Notes under the pieces: model-generated
Database searches by the model: none
What the model was told of the DNA's origin: nothing
Seen by the model: only the letters and a program-made list of their open reading frames with translations
Translations under genes and position numbers: made by a program
Shown: in pieces, positions 1 through 12,818 of the stretch
Layout of the letters: the number at the start of each line of letters is the position of its first letter
Numbering within the stretch: the first letter of the stretch is position 1
Assembly: GCF_002113885.1 (NCBI RefSeq)
Contig: NW_018406352.1
Coordinates: forward strand, 126,196-190,195
DNA: 64,000 bases
From: Mizuhopecten yessoensis
Taxonomy: Eukaryota
Direction of reading: 5' to 3'

Positions 1-290
1 TAATAACAAATTTTGCTGAGAAATACATGTACATGGATTTAACTAAACATCACTAAGACCTAGATTATATAATTCATCTCTTACTGCTATAGCCCAGTTG
101 AAATCATTTCTACTACAACATTGTAATAAAAATCTATAGGAAGTGGATATAATACAATTTTAAGATTTTAAGATCTGAAACCAATATTTTATCATTCTAA
201 TTTTTCTCATCAAAACTAGAGGTAACCATCTCCATTCAAGATATACCATGTTGTTATTGGCCGATTTCTTCACTTTTAGTATTTTCTTAC

Positions 291-625
291 AACAAGAGGT
301 CCAAGAGGGCCTGTATCGCTCACCTGAATATTTAAGCAGTCATAGCAAAATATTCTCATTAAATATTATATTGCACTACAAATATTTCCCTCGCAAACTT
401 TGTCGGCTCAATCTGTTGAAACAAATAAGATTCTATGCTTTTTGGTTCTTCTTCAGAAGTTGTTTTGACATAATTTTTCCCTCTGACCTTGTAAGTAGGT
501 CAATGTCATTTTCCTTCTCAAACTTTGTTAGCTCCATCCCAAAAAGCTACCAGCCAAATCTTATAATTTTATGCCTTTCGATTATGACATATTTGACACA
601 GTTGACTTTGAAAGTAGGTCAAGTA
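291..625 (-). mobile_element. HINE 3' fragment
   Basis: Minus strand ends tcaggtgagcgatacaggccctcttggacctcttgtt; tgacct-rich internal remnants. Confidence 0.55.
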
Positions 626-640
626 TTTTCAAATACTATT

Positions 641-811
641 TGTAACAGGAAAGAGAATATAATAGTATCATCATCATGGCAGCTTCCTGACCGGGGATCG
701 AACATGCGATCCCATACTTCCTAGTCGGACACGAGCTCTACCACTGAGCTAAAGGGAGATTCACTCTAGCCTAAAGCAAACCTTTATCCTATGTACCATT
801 AAAATCTGACA
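641..811 (-). mobile_element. Solo LTR of the family-1 tRNA-LTR element
   Basis: tgtcagatttt...tagctcagtggtagagc...gttcgatccccgg...cctgttaca on the minus strand; flanks tatt/catt. Confidence 0.65.
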
Positions 812-827
812 CATTGATATAACATTA

Positions 828-1733
828 GTGCAGGCAAATTCGCCATGCACCCAAATTTGCAACCCTGTGACGAAAATGCCATATGACGTCATAATACATA
901 AGATGTGACGTAAATAACGTCACCATAGTCTTCAACACAGTTAAAGCCTTCAAATATTTTGACAAGAAGAGGTATAAGAAGGGAAAAGCTATACTTTTGT
1001 TCAAAACAGTTATGAAATATCTTGTAACAGAACAAATCTTAAATTTTTTGTCTGTGCAACAGACATCTCGTTAACTAAACTCATTAATCTGAGGCCAGTT
1101 GGTTGTTATTTTAAGTATAAATGTATTACATACACATGAAAACACCCATATCTTAACACTATTTGCAGTTAATGCAAGTAAATTGTTTTTTTCTACAAGT
1201 GTACTTTGGTACATGTACAATGTACTGATGATCCACTGCGTGTTTATGGAAATGACGATCGGAAAGATCCGCGATTTGATAATTCGTCAGTTTCCATTTT
1301 CATGCAATGTGAAAGGAATTGGTTGTTGGCCTGAAAGTGCTGCTGTACAATNGGGGGGGGGGGGGATTGTTGAAAGCCCTTGACCCTCTCATCCTGACCC
1401 GATGAAAAATATAATATTGGGCAGTGATTTGGAAGTTTATATTTGTTAAGGACTGAGTCTTTATTGCGTATCATGTAAATTGACATCATCTCAGCCGATA
1501 CCAGCCATCTTTCTCAAATAACATTAATCAGTTTCTTCAAGTTACCGAAAACTAACTATCACAACTAAGAAAAGTCACGTATTTCAATGTTAATCATTGT
1601 TACACACACACATTTGGAGCTGTTTGTATCAGTACGGCTTGTAAAACATAAACAAATTTTTCTTTACATTTAAACACTTAGATTACTTGTAAATTAGTCA
1701 AATGTTTGAAGGTGGCGAAACTGCCTGCACCTT
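828..1733. mobile_element. Non-autonomous DNA transposon (possibly Kolobok-like)
   Basis: 18-bp inverted termini gtgcaggcaaattcgcca / tggcgaaactgcctgcac-cttt. Confidence 0.5.
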
Positions 1734-4707
1734 TGAGCAAAACCACAGAAGGCCTGCATCATGATGACGTCACAAATGTTGCTGCGTGACGTCATTCAGG
1801 CGTGTTTACAACAATGTTTATTTATAGGCGTTTCAGTCGAATCTAATCTTTTGTATTGTTGCTCGTCGGCATTTTGATACATGCCTATTTGGTCGAATTA
1901 TTAACAGAAACCCTTACTAATGTGACGAATTTGCCTTCACTGACGTTAGGTCTCTTAGTAATATATGAATGTTGCAACAAGTTTGGATCTAATGTCTGCC
2001 CCTTGGTAAATACACATGAATGATACATATTAGTCAAAGTGATAAATGGAAATTTCCAAAATATTGGCAAGGAATCATACAAAAATTTCTAACGAGATAT
2101 CTATGTACCTATATATAATCTAATGGCCATGAAGAAATTTACCAATAAATTGCATAAGAATATACATGTAGGCCTGTTACATTTAATTCAGGTATTATTG
2201 TACAGTTGTATAGTTCAGACCTTCAGCAATTTTGAAAATGGTTTGCCCTGAGGAAAAGGTGTCTGGCATTTAACCATTGATGTGAGAACTCGGTGAATTT
2301 AAAATCAGGTCGAATAAACACTACCTGTATTTTACAATACACAGAACCAGGTAAGAAGGTAGGGTGTGGCACATCATATTCATAGCTGATACTTACGATC
2401 TATATCTGTTTGACTGAAGGAATATGCCTGGAACGGAAAAGATAAATATATTAAAATGTCATTGTTTTCTAATTTCTATACAATAACAATTATTGCAGTT
2501 GTTTACAACACATTACAATCTCAGGTGTAACTCACCATTTTGACAGGTGCTATTTCGGTGATTTACTGCGGGACATCTTGTGAATTAAATCCTACTCTTA
2601 TAATATAAATACTCTGTATGTAAAAGGTTAAAACAAAAATTATTTAATCGATAACATTGAAATTTTCTCTTTAATGAAGCATACAAATATATTTTTTATC
2701 TGACATTCATCCCGCATATTTTAAGGGAGATAACTCCTATGTCATGAGGTCCAAGTGTCATAGTTGAAACCTTGAACAGTCCATACATTTTGCACACTCT
2801 GATTATGTTTTGTTGAAGCAAAGGCTTATTGAAAATAGTTTCATCAAAATTCCTGTTGGAAAGAGTATGTAGTCACTAAAGGTAAGCTTTTCTACCAGTT
2901 TGTTTGATGCAATTTAAAAGACATGTTCCAGCAAGCCGGAAAACAGACGACAACATTTTGCTGTGTCAGTTTGTAAACATGATCCAGCGGCATGGTTGCA
3001 GGGCTATTATATAGGTCGGTAAGCCGGCCCGTGTCTGCACGTATCTTCTTGTCAGTGTTATCATAACTGCGAATGTATGTCAGGATGTGTATTGACTGAC
3101 ATATGTACAGTACCAGTAGGTCACATCTACTTAACCTTTATCAGTTTATATAATGTTTTGATGAAAGTTATGAAACATTGAACGCCTCACCTTTCTGAAA
3201 AGATTTGTTTTTCTTCGAATTGTATCTTTGTTAGGGTGACAGTCAAAAGCTTCTTATTATTAAATTTTGATTAGGTTATAATTGCTGTAACTTACTGTAA
3301 TATAGCATGGCAAAACAGTTCATCGCCAGGCTCCAAAAATCTGAATGACCCAAACATCAAAAAAAAAAATCCAAATATTGAAAAGTTAAGTTGATGCATG
3401 GGCCATTTTTCCATTAGTTTATATGAGGAGCGTAAGACTATAAAATGTCTGACCTTTTTTCTAATTTGTTTATTTTTTTTCTAAAACAGACAATTGTTTT
3501 TTCGTCCAAAATGACCCGGAACACCGTGGCAACACTGGACAATATTATTTTAACTCGTTTCCTCTAAACCATTGGACACAGAGTCTCTAATATTTGAAAA
3601 GTTGGAAGTACCTATTGCAGGACCGATCGCCTCTGGTCTGACCTACTGGTCCTATGGTTGGCTGCCCATGCCAAGGCGCCATAAAGTTTATGGATGTTGT
3701 AACCAAATGTACATGTAACTCCATGGTCAATTTATATCAACAGCAGTCTAGGCAATGTATTGTTCCTTTCCTTGACCTGAGCACGTGAAATCCGCACTTT
3801 GTGTTAACTCTTTCAAGTCACGCCTTAACATCCATTGGCACCATGAACCTCAGTTTTCACCTACTTGTTTTAGTGTTGCCGGACCAATGAACTAAGTTCT
3901 ACAAGGATACGCCTTTAGAAGCATATAGTGATTAAACCGGTGTTAAATTGACATAATTGACATTTGATGCCCAACTAAATATACCCAAAGAAGGTCAGGG
4001 GTGTACAATTTCAAATTTGAAGTACTAGCCCACAGTTTCATTCTGAAGAAAGTCTACTATAGCTGTTACCCGACCTATAGTTTCAAAATAAATATTAAAA
4101 ATGTTCACTACCTCCAACATATAAAGTCTACTAGCCCCGGGCATCGGGCTAGTGTAATTGTATAACGTACATTCCTGAAGGTGGTACTGTATAAGGGTCT
4201 CTTTTAAATTTGGCACCATGAGCATGATGAGGCTGACAAACTTTGACCAGGTACAGAATGCTTATCCTGAAGTTTGGAGGTCACAGTTGTTTCAAAAGCC
4301 AGGTTTCAATTGGCCGCTGGAAATGAGTTACCTTGATACCTTGACATGTTTACAGGCCTGTAGATAAAAAAAATACATTCTGTCTGACATGACCGTGTAG
4401 TTTCTTTAATTTGAGCTTATAAAATTAATAAACTTTATTTTTCTTACAACAATTATGAAACAAGTTTTTCCAGCTTATATTTATTAGTCCTTGTTTGCCT
4501 GGATTGGAGCATGCATACGAGGGATTGTTATCATAGAAGGAAACTGTAGAATCCATGTGGTGATACAGGTGATCAGTACTTTGTCTAAATGGTGAAAGTC
4601 TAGTGTATGATCCGGTCCACTGTGCTACCCAACCTGCTTTTGTCTTATAATCATATGCACTAGAGAAGATTTTTTTTTGTGCCCATATGACACTATGATG
4701 CATACAT

Positions 4708-4999
4708 CGCAATGGCTAGATCGGGTTTCGAACCTGGAGCTACTTGGTCGCTGACGATTGACCCAGTCCAGTTCTGCTACATTCCCCCTTCTTTTTCGAA
4801 ATCTTGAACACACAACTGTTTACAACCCAGGTTGAATCAAGGGTTGGCAAAGCAAGCTCATCAATTTTGTAACAAGAGAAAGAGAAATTTATGCAACGTC
4901 CAGACTTGGAATGATCTTGGGACCTTTCAAACTCTAGATTGATGCTCTACCAATTGAGCTACAGTGTCACTGACATTCAACCCAGTCCAGTTCCACTTA
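4708..4999 (-). mobile_element. Second, degraded copy of the family-2 tRNA-LTR element
   Basis: Same LTR (tgtagcagaactggactggg...gtagctc; ...tctcttgttaca), PBS-like region and PPT aaaaagaagggggaa on the minus strand. Confidence 0.65.
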
Positions 5000-5578
5000 T
5001 GTCTAACAAAGACATAGAGTTGTTATTTTGTAAGCTCCTTGTTTCAATTCATGAAAACAATGCTTTGTTCGGGTTCTTGCGTTTCTTTCTTCTCGATATA
5101 TGAAGCCTATAATTTCGATATATATAAATACTTTTAGTCTAGCTACTTTATAGACTGCAAGTGTAGGTCTTAATATATATTATTAATTAAATGAATCCAA
5201 ATAGAGAGGTTATTAAATAGATAACAGACACAAATGATAAAAGAAACACTAAATACAGTTGTATCACCAGGTTAGTCTGTCTTGCTACAGTAGGTCTCAG
5301 CTCGTAGTGCACGACCGTCCCGCTTTGTGCCCTAGCTGTGAGTGATAGGATGAGGGGTTGTGGTGTGTGAGGAAATGTGGCCGCACATGCACCTACGAGA
5401 ATACTCGCGAGGCATGCACAGTGACAGGTGCTCGATGTCCATACTTGTCACACTCTCTCACTCAAGTGTGACGTAAACATACACATATGGACAGACTAGG
5501 CCGGGCCTATTTATTGATTATTTCACATAATATACACTTGTAGTCTACAATTTGTTTGCCTCTTTTTCTAGGGTTTCA

Positions 5579-5755
5579 ATGTTAGGAATGGGTGTGTCCG
5601 TAGAAGAGACAAATTTACGCCCAGACGTCCTCAACCAATCCAATCTCAGCCTCCTTGCCAGCTCCCCAAATGTAGACCAAACTACCTCACCGAATTCCCA
5701 TGGTAACGGGAATGAAGAACATCATCATCATGAAGAACATCGAATCAATCAAAAG
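5579..5755 (+). CDS. SLC25A42: Mitochondrial CoA transporter SLC25A42-like, coding exon 1 (low-complexity N-terminal extension)
   Basis: Acceptor tttttctag ends at 5571, ATG at 5579, donor AAG|gtaaga after 5755 (phase 0), joining in frame to exon 2. The start codon is uncertain (second Met 3 codons later; an upstream exon is implied by the acceptor). Confidence 0.75.
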
Positions 5756-5787
5756 GTAAGATATTCATTCCAGTTTGATTTCCTTAA

Positions 5788-6333
5788 TGTCAAAACAGGA
5801 CAGTCAGCAGTGTGAGTAACATAATAAGTTGTCAAAACAGGACAGTCAGCAGTGTGAGTAACATAATAAGTTGTCAAAACAGCACAGTCAGCAGTGTGAG
5901 TAACATAATAAGTTGTCAAAACAGCACAGTCAGCAGTGTGAGTAACATAATAAGTTGTCAAAACAGCACAGTCAGCAGTGTGAGTAACATAATAAGTTGT
6001 CAAAACAGCACAGTCAGCAGTGTGAGTAACATAATAAGTTGTCAAAACAGCACAGTCAGCAGTGTGAGTAACATAATAAGTTGTCAAAACAGCACAGTCA
6101 GCAGTGTGAGTAACATAATAAGTTGTCAAAACAGCACAGTCAGCAGTGTGAGTAACATAATAAGTTGTCAAAACAGCACAGTCAGCAGTGTGAGTAACAT
6201 AATAAGTTGTCAAAACAGCACAGTCAGCAGTGTGAGTAACATAATNAAGTTGTCAAAACAGGACAGTCAACAGTGTGAGTAACATAATAAGTTGTCAAAA
6301 CAGGACAGTCAACAGTGTGAGTAACATAATAAG
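5788..6333. repeat. 42-bp minisatellite, 13 copies, in intron 1
   Basis: Unit tgtcaaaacagcacagtcagcagtgtgagtaacataataagt. Confidence 0.97.
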
Positions 6334-7597
6334 ACAGTTGACGGTACATGCAGTGTCTCTAGTCTAAAACATTACACAGACATTCCAAGACTTCACAATC
6401 ATGCGGCCAAGTATGGCAAATTGCTGTGTGCCTGCATGCATTTTCTTATTGACAGAACTTGAGATATATCAAATTGTATTTATCACATGATTATCGGACG
6501 TGGTATTCAGTATATACACCCATGTCATGTCATGTGGACAAGTTTAGAACATATACATCATATTACAAGAAGATAGAACTGATATATATATATATATATA
6601 TATTTATTTTCGTTAAATTTCAAAAAGTTGGAAATATATATAGATATATTGTGTATGAGCTTGTGTAATATGACTACTTGTGATGTCGTAAAATGATAAT
6701 GAATAGACACCCAGAGTATTCTATGACAGCAATATATATATATAGGGCGCCGAGATTTTTAGACTTCACAACATTCACATTTCTAGATCATGTAACAAAA
6801 AGAATGGGTTTTTTTCCATTTTATACTCATCACACTTTTTTTTTTTCTTTTTTTTTTTTGCCAGACATTCCCTTTCTGGTTAAGATTTGGGAAAGTTTGA
6901 TGTAAAGTTGACCTTAAATAAAAGAATCTCATTGATTATTCTGTGATCAAAGAATTAATAACACCGTTATAAAATACTGTTGTCCAGTTGTAAAGAAGTG
7001 CTTGCTTTAAAACAGGAAAGAGTCTTCGATTAAAATATCCAAGGATCATTTGCATCTTTTTTTTTTGTGAAAATCACCTCCAGTTTAAGTGTGTTACATT
7101 ACAAACACATATTTAGAGTAAGATTAACTTTTTGATAAAAAATTAGCCATCATTTCATATTTATTGCCAGTGATTTTCAAAATACAGTATTTTGAACCTC
7201 TATATAATGTCTATCGTTTTATCTACCTCGTTTACTTACCGCCAATATATTTCACGGTCCAAATTGCTCTATTTCTTAAGAATTCCTTTATATCTTTCCC
7301 TCAGTTTATCACCAAACCCCTCTAGAATTTTATCACCAAACCCCTCTAGAATGCCTGAGTAATATTTGGCAAAATGGCTGCAGTATAATGAGGTTTTACT
7401 GTACCGTGAAATTTTACTGATAAATTACAAAATCACTTATCCGGGTAATTACATACATGAGTATGTGTACATTGTAAATAATGCCAATTGCCATCTACTG
7501 TATACATATGGCTGTAGAATGATAATGTGGCTAAATTTAGATAGACTTTAAAACTGATTGTTGACATTGTTAAAAATGAATTATATCTTTTTTACAG

Positions 7598-7706
7598 GTC
7601 CCAAACCATAACAAAATCATCACGTCTCTCATAGCCGGAGCAGTGGCTGGAGCTGTAGCCAAGACTGTCATCGCACCCCTCGACCGAACAAAGATCCACT
7701 TCCAGA
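7598..7706 (+). CDS. SLC25A42: SLC25A42-like exon 2
   Basis: tttttacag|GTC; encodes [36 protein letters not shown] with the carrier signature Px[DE]xx[KR]; donor A|gtaaat (phase 1). Confidence 0.95.
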
Positions 7707-8641
7707 GTAAATACGAAACATAAACCATGTCTTCAAAAACAAAAAAAATGTTTTCTGAATTCTATTTCATAATCAGCTCATTTAAAAAATGTAGAGGAAA
7801 TAATCAAATAATGTTATTGTTCATTTAGTTTGAAATTCATACTTGCCAATTCTCCTTATTTTGGAGGGAGACTCCCTTATTTTGGACCCGAAATTGAGCA
7901 TTTTCAACCAGTGAATTAGCTCAGTTGTTTGTATTCTCTGAGATCTGATGGTTTCATCTGAAAGAACAGCTCAAAAGATGCCATTTTAAAGGGCTATTTT
8001 TTCCCTAGGGTGTAAATCACACATTCCATTTATAATCTTAATTCTTAGCTTGCATAATCTCCCCTTGAAAACTTCAAAAAGTTGGAAAGTTCACGTGGTT
8101 TTTTTTGATGGAATGATATTATTAAATTGATAAAATACAAGAAAAGACAGAAAATTTGAAAAAAATACTTTTCATATTTTCAACTCAGCTAAACAAACTG
8201 GAGAAAATGGAACTCATTTTAGCTCTAAATGAGAAAGGGCTGAAACAGGAGTACTGTTAGGTAATAAGATATAAATCAGTGTAAAATTGGAAATGATATC
8301 ACTACACTTTCTGAGTTTGAATGAAAAGCATGCTTATTGTGAACATGATATTTTATTCTTCTACTGGTATGAAATTGGCTTCAAAAAATCCAACTCTTGA
8401 ACAGGTTTTGTCATGAATTCTTCGCTCTCCTTGGATTTGATATTTATAAACATGTTTTAGTGTATTTTTTATTATTTTTTATCACAGTTTCTTACAAACC
8501 GTATTCTGTGCTAGATGCGTATGTTCCTGTGCTATACTTTTTGGAGAAAATCAAACTATTAAACAAGTTTTGTCATTCTTCTATCTCCTTGGATTGGATG
8601 TAAACATGTTTTAGTGTATTTTTTATCCTTTTTTTTTGCAG

Positions 8642-8828
8642 TTTCTAATAAACAATTCTCTGTGCGAGATGCGTATCAGTTCCTGTGCAATACTTTTAAG
8701 AATGAAGGATTCCTGGCGCTATGGAGAGGGAATTCAGCGACGATGGCGAGAATTATCCCCTATGCAGCTATTCAGTATACCGCCCACGAACAGTACAAAC
8801 GGTTCTTCATGTGCAATTCCAAGAGAAA
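8642..8828 (+). CDS. SLC25A42: SLC25A42-like exon 3
   Basis: tttttgcag|TT; encodes ...[33 protein letters not shown], typical of SLC25A42; donor AA|gtatgt (phase 2). Confidence 0.96.
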
Positions 8829-8848
8829 GTATGTGATATAAATGATTG

Positions 8849-8939
8849 TTAACCCTTTCACCACTGTAGACCATAATGGACTCATCCCTATAAATGCATG
8901 GTAGAGTCTACTAAAGTTACATAGGGGTGAAAGGGTTAA
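8849..8939. mobile_element. TTAA-flanked piggyBac-type MITE of about 90 bp (family a; other copies at 10803-10893, 11187-11277, 17721-17815)
   Basis: TIR ttaaccctttcacc...ggtgaaagggttaa and a shared core in four copies. Confidence 0.75.
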
Positions 8940-9097
8940 GGAGATACGCTACCTTACTTTACGACATAAACTGTAAACATGTATGTAGTCAGTGTTTTAT
9001 TTACGTGCGAGTCATGAGTCAAATACTCACATTTTTTCAATTCACCTCCTTGGATATTTAAAAATTAATTATCTGTTTTACATAGGATGACTCAATG

Positions 9098-10590
9098 ATT
9101 TTACAGAACATGTCGGGAAGTGACTCGCTTTGTGAATTTTACAGAACATGTCAGGAAATGACTCGCTTTGTGAATTTTACTGAACACGTCGGGGAAATGA
9201 CTCGTTTTGAGAATTTTACAGAACATGTCGGGAAATGACTCGTTTTGTGAATTTTACCGAACATGTCAGGAAATGACTCGCTTTGTGAATTTTACTGAAC
9301 ACGTCGGGGAAATGACTCGTTTTGAGAATTTTACAGAACATGTCGGGAAATGAGTCGCTTTGTGAATTTTACAGAACACGTCGGGGAAATGACTCTTTTT
9401 GTGAATTTTACAGAACATGTCGGGAAATGACTCTCTTTGTGAATTTTACAGAACACGTCGGGGAAATGACCCGTTTTGGGAATTTTACAGAACATGTCGG
9501 GAAATGACTCGATTTGTGAATTTTACAGAACACGTCGGGGAAATGACCCGTTTTGGGAATTTTACAGAACATGTCGGGAAATGAGTCGCTTTGTGAATTT
9601 TACAGAACACGTCGGGGAAATGACTCTTTTTGTGAATTTTACAGAACATGTCGGGAAATGACTCGCGTTGTGAATTTTACAGAACATGTCGGGAAATGAC
9701 TCGTTGTGTGAATTTTACAGAACATGTCCGGAAATGACTCGCTTTGTGAATTTTACTGAACACGTCGGGGAAATGACTCGTTTTGGGAATTTTACAGAAC
9801 ATGTCGGGAAATGACTCGATTTGTGAATTTTACAGAACACGTCGGGGAAATGACTCGTTTTGGGAATTTTACAGAACATGTCGGGAAATGACTCGATTTG
9901 TGAATTTTACAGAACACGTCGGGGAAATGACCCGTTTTGGGAATTTTACAGAACATGTCGGGAAATGACTCGCGTTGTGAATTTTACAGAACATGTCGGG
10001 AAAAGACTAGCTTTGTGAATTTTACAGAACATGTCGGGAAATGACTCTCTTTGTGAATTTTACAGAACACGTCGGGGAAATGACTCGTTTTGTGAATTTT
10101 ACAGAACATGTCAGGAAATGAATCGCTTTGTGAATTTTACAAAACACATCGGGAAATGACTCGCTTTGTGAATTTTATAGAACATGTCGGGAAATGACTC
10201 GCTTTGTGAATTTTACAGAACACGTCGGGGAAATGACTCGTTTTGTGAATTTTACAGAACATGTCGGGAAATGACTCGCTTTGTGAATTTTACAAAACAC
10301 ATCGGGAAATGACTCGCTTTGTGAATTTTACAGAACATGTCGGGAAATGACTCGCTTTGTGACTTTTACAGAACATGTAGGGAAATGACTCGCTATGTGA
10401 ATTTTACAGAACGTGTCGGGAAATGACTCTCTTTGTGAATTTTACTGAACACGTCGGGGAAATGACCCGTTTTGGGAATTTTACAGAACACGTCGGGAAA
10501 TGACTCGCTTTGGGGATTTTACAGAACATGTCAGGAAATGACTCGCTTTGTGAATTTTACAGAACATGTCAGGAAATGACTCACTTTGTG
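9098..10590. repeat. 38/39-bp minisatellite, about 39 copies, in intron 3
   Basis: Unit ttttacagaacatgtcgggaaatgactcgctttgtgaa and its variant with cacgtcgggg. Confidence 0.97.
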
Positions 10591-11430
10591 AAAAAGGTAG
10601 ATAAAACACTGGCGTAGTTGACATTATTTGCATTGGATTCAATTTAGCTACGGTCGTCAGAGATTGTTTGAAATAAACATAACCTCCCTGGATATAGCAT
10701 GGACTCGGTGAAATGTGCAGAGGCATGTTTACCTGTTAATGTGTACTATATCTGTCATCTAAGCAGAAGTCTGCTTATATTCAAGTATGTTTGTAGTGTT
10801 ATTTAACCCTTTCACCACTATAGACCATAATGGATTCATCCAGATCAATGCATGGGAGAGTCTACTGTAGTTATGTGGGGGTGAAAGGGTTATCTTGATT
10901 ACAATGTGTTGGCCCAAGACGAATCTACAACCTTTATTATGATGACCGCCCCAAATATTGCTAGTACAATGTAAATTGATGTGTGCACAATTTTGTGTAA
11001 TGGTTCAAAAATGGCTGACATGTGACATGGTACAAAAGCATACAGTAGTAATGGGAGAATTTGTAATTTTCCGTTGTAACCTTGTCCACACTAGGCCACA
11101 GAGGTTGAATTATATTCAAGAATACTTGGATTATATAAAAGAAAACATACGTGTTTAGAACAGAAAAATAGGATTTTTTAGATCTTTTAACCCTTTCACC
11201 ACTGTAGACCATACTAGACTCATCCATATCAATACATGGGAGAGTTTACTAAAGTTACTTAGGGGTGGAAGGGTTAATGAATGTGTCCGTTTAAATGTTT
11301 CTGTCAGGAGACCTGCATTTTTTGTTTGAATAGAGTGCAAGACTGATTAGGATCTTGAGATTTGGAGACAGGAAGGCCCTCTATCTTACACATGAGTGTG
11401 ATTTATTTTTGAGATCATGTACCTTTATTA

Positions 11431-12069
11431 TGTAATAGGAAAGAGAGAAGTGTGCTTCCACCGGGGATCTAACCTGTGATCCCTAGGTTCCTAGTCGGAT
11501 GCTCTACCACTGAGCAAAAGGGAAATTCCCTGTAGTGCAAAGCTAGAAGGCGACCGTAATCCTTTTTACAGTTTCACTACCTTTCCCCCCCCCCCCCTCC
11601 CATCATTTTTTAAATGTGTTTGCCCCCCGAATACCACAACAACCAAGGTTTTGTCACCATAGGGAGGGCCATGGACATCATTTGTTACAGGGAAGAGAGT
11701 AGTGTGCTTCACCCAAGGATCAAATTTAAACTGCGATCCCTAAGTTCCTATTCGGATGCTCTACCACTGAGCAAAAGGGAAATTCCCTGTAGTGCAAAGC
11801 TAGAAGGCGACCGTAATCCTTTGAATATTTAAAATCTGCCATGCTACTCCCCACTTTTTAAATGCATTCGCCCTCGAAGACAACAACAACTCCTTTCACC
11901 ATAGGGAGGGCCATGGACACCATTTGTTACAGGTAAGAGAGTAGTGACTGTACACTTGCTTCCACCAGGGATCAAACCTGTGATCCCTAGGTTCCTAGTT
12001 GGACGCTCTACCACTAAGCTAAAGGGAAATTCCCTCTACTGTAATCATACGTACAATTAAAATCTGACA
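11431..12069 (-). mobile_element. Tandem LTR-int-LTR-int-LTR array of a tRNA-LTR miniature retroelement (family 1)
   Basis: Three TG...CA repeats (11925-12069, 11683-11841, 11431-11570), each with an A box (tagctcagtggtagagc-like) and a degenerate B box. They are separated by about 85-110-bp internal segments that start aa-tggtgtccatgg and end in a G-rich PPT. Confidence 0.72.
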
Positions 12070-12126
12070 CAATTATAATACTGATTTAACACATTTTTTT
12101 CAGTTTTCTTTATTACTTTTTTGTAG

Positions 12127-12243
12127 ACACCTCCCGCCTATCAAACGGTTTATGGTGGGTTCTATGGCCGGTGTCACCGCCTCCTCTCTGACATATCCCT
12201 TAGATCTAGTCCGAGCTCGAATGGCCGTCACAGCTAAGGACAG
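12127..12243 (+). CDS. SLC25A42: SLC25A42-like exon 4
   Basis: ttttgtag|A; encodes [38 protein letters not shown] (second carrier signature); donor AG|gtatgt (phase 2). Confidence 0.95.
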
Positions 12244-12377
12244 GTATGTCAAAACTACATGTCACTACTAAACACAGGTGTATCTTAATTATATGGACGT
12301 CACAGCTAAGGACAGGTATGACAAAACTACATGTCACTACTAAACACAGGTGTATCTTAATTAAATGGCCGTCACAG
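12221..12377. repeat. 72-bp tandem duplication spanning the exon 4 donor
   Basis: atgg(c/a)cgtcacag at 12221, 12293 and 12365. Confidence 0.92.
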
Positions 12378-12818
12378 ATTGAAAACCGGGGTCCAAGATA
12401 AATATTTGGGGTCCTCATAAAGGATTATTTTTAAGTATTCATTACTTAAAGTCATATACATAATTAAAATTTTCAGACTAGATTTTTTGAAGTTGTCATT
12501 TCAGGGAGTCATGGGACACATGTGTTAAGTTTTTTATGGGTTCTGGAATGGAAAATGGGGGTATTTGAGGCAGAATTCTGCTTAATGTGAAACCCTGTGT
12601 TCAGGTGTTAAAATGACCCCGGGCATTTCAATTTTCTGACCTTGATTAAACTTAGAAACAGCAATAAATGTGACCCATAAAAGTTTGATTTATAAATGAG
12701 ATATCAGTAGTGTTATTAAAGAAAACATCCAGACTTTGCCGTCAGTTCAACGAATTGAGAAATTTGAATCTTTGAAGATCTTTTAATGAAAGTTTGACTG
12801 ATTTTTAATATTACGCAG

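Noticed and set aside
248-724. 158-aa ORF at the start of the window
   Set aside because: It runs across a HINE fragment and a solo LTR and has no recognisable domain.
2340-3030. Candidate 5' UTR exons of SLC25A42 (donor-like gtaag at about 2351, 2882 and 3019)
   Set aside because: Cannot be distinguished from chance motifs without transcript data.
5749-6282. Repetitive ORFs in minisatellites (also at 9322-9968, 13586-13945, 30495-31272)
   Set aside because: Artefacts of tandem repeats; they lie in introns or in satellite DNA and have no protein-like features.
9098-10590. CRISPR-like appearance of the short repeat arrays
   Set aside because: Units are contiguous with no unique spacers, the context is a eukaryotic intron, and there are no cas genes.
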